DNA from: a virus
Lineage: Duplodnaviria > Caudoviricetes
Virus record (IMG/VR): IMGVR_UViG_3300005805_000477
Span: 1-24,397 of that record
Direction: 5' to 3' (one strand)
DNA: 24,397 nt
Shown here: one piece after another, positions 24,301-24,397 of the stretch
Numbering within the stretch: the first letter of the stretch is position 1
Layout of the letters: the number at the start of each line of letters is the position of its first letter
The notes under the pieces: generated by a model
What the model was told of the DNA's origin: nothing
Seen by the model: the letters and a program-made list of their open reading frames with translations, nothing else
The model's database searches: none
Made by a program: the position numbers and the translations under genes

Positions 24301-24397
24301 ATGGTCAGTAAAACATTTGTATTCGCAGGTCGTGCGTCGTTCGTGGTCGAGAATCCGAAGGGCGAGTCGGTCACGGTGAAGTTGAGCAAGTCAAAGG
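24301..24397 (+). CDS. Hypothetical protein, 5' part (runs off the window)
   Basis: MVSKTFVFAGRASFVVENPKGESVTVKLSKSK, open to the window end; preceded by a GA-rich tract at 24273-24298. Confidence 0.55.
   Translation, partial: MVSKTFVFAGRASFVVENPKGESVTVKLSKSK

Noticed and set aside
1-24397. tRNA or rRNA genes
   Set aside because: No cloverleaf or rRNA-like segment recognised; the GTTCGATCC at 23609 and 23622 resembles a T-loop but lacks flanking stems.

Overview
A 24.4-kb, fairly GC-rich segment of a T4-superfamily (cyanomyovirus-like gene order) phage. The core order is gp3 - uvsY - uvsW - conserved ORF - gp55 - gp47 - gp46. It carries several insertions: two paralogous GIY-YIG/NUMOD3 homing endonucleases with near-identical structured 80-nt leaders flanking a glycosyltransferase, and a uvsW helicase gene split in two by a self-contained late transcription unit encoding a virion-type protein. 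The uvsW N-half ends in a 54-aa Hint/intein-like tail and the C-half has its own promoters. Downstream lie a nucleotidyltransferase-kinase fusion, two DNA methyltransferases under sigma70-type promoters interleaved with three PD-(D/E)xK-like proteins under late (TAAATA) promoters, a FeoA-like gene, a DNA ligase, small hypothetical genes, a matrixin-like protease and a repeat-rich non-coding region before a probable early gene block. Two promoter classes (CTAAATA/ATAAATA and TGTGRTATACT) are visible, many only 5-10 nt from the ATG, implying leaderless mRNAs. All family calls come from motif recognition by eye; no searches were run.
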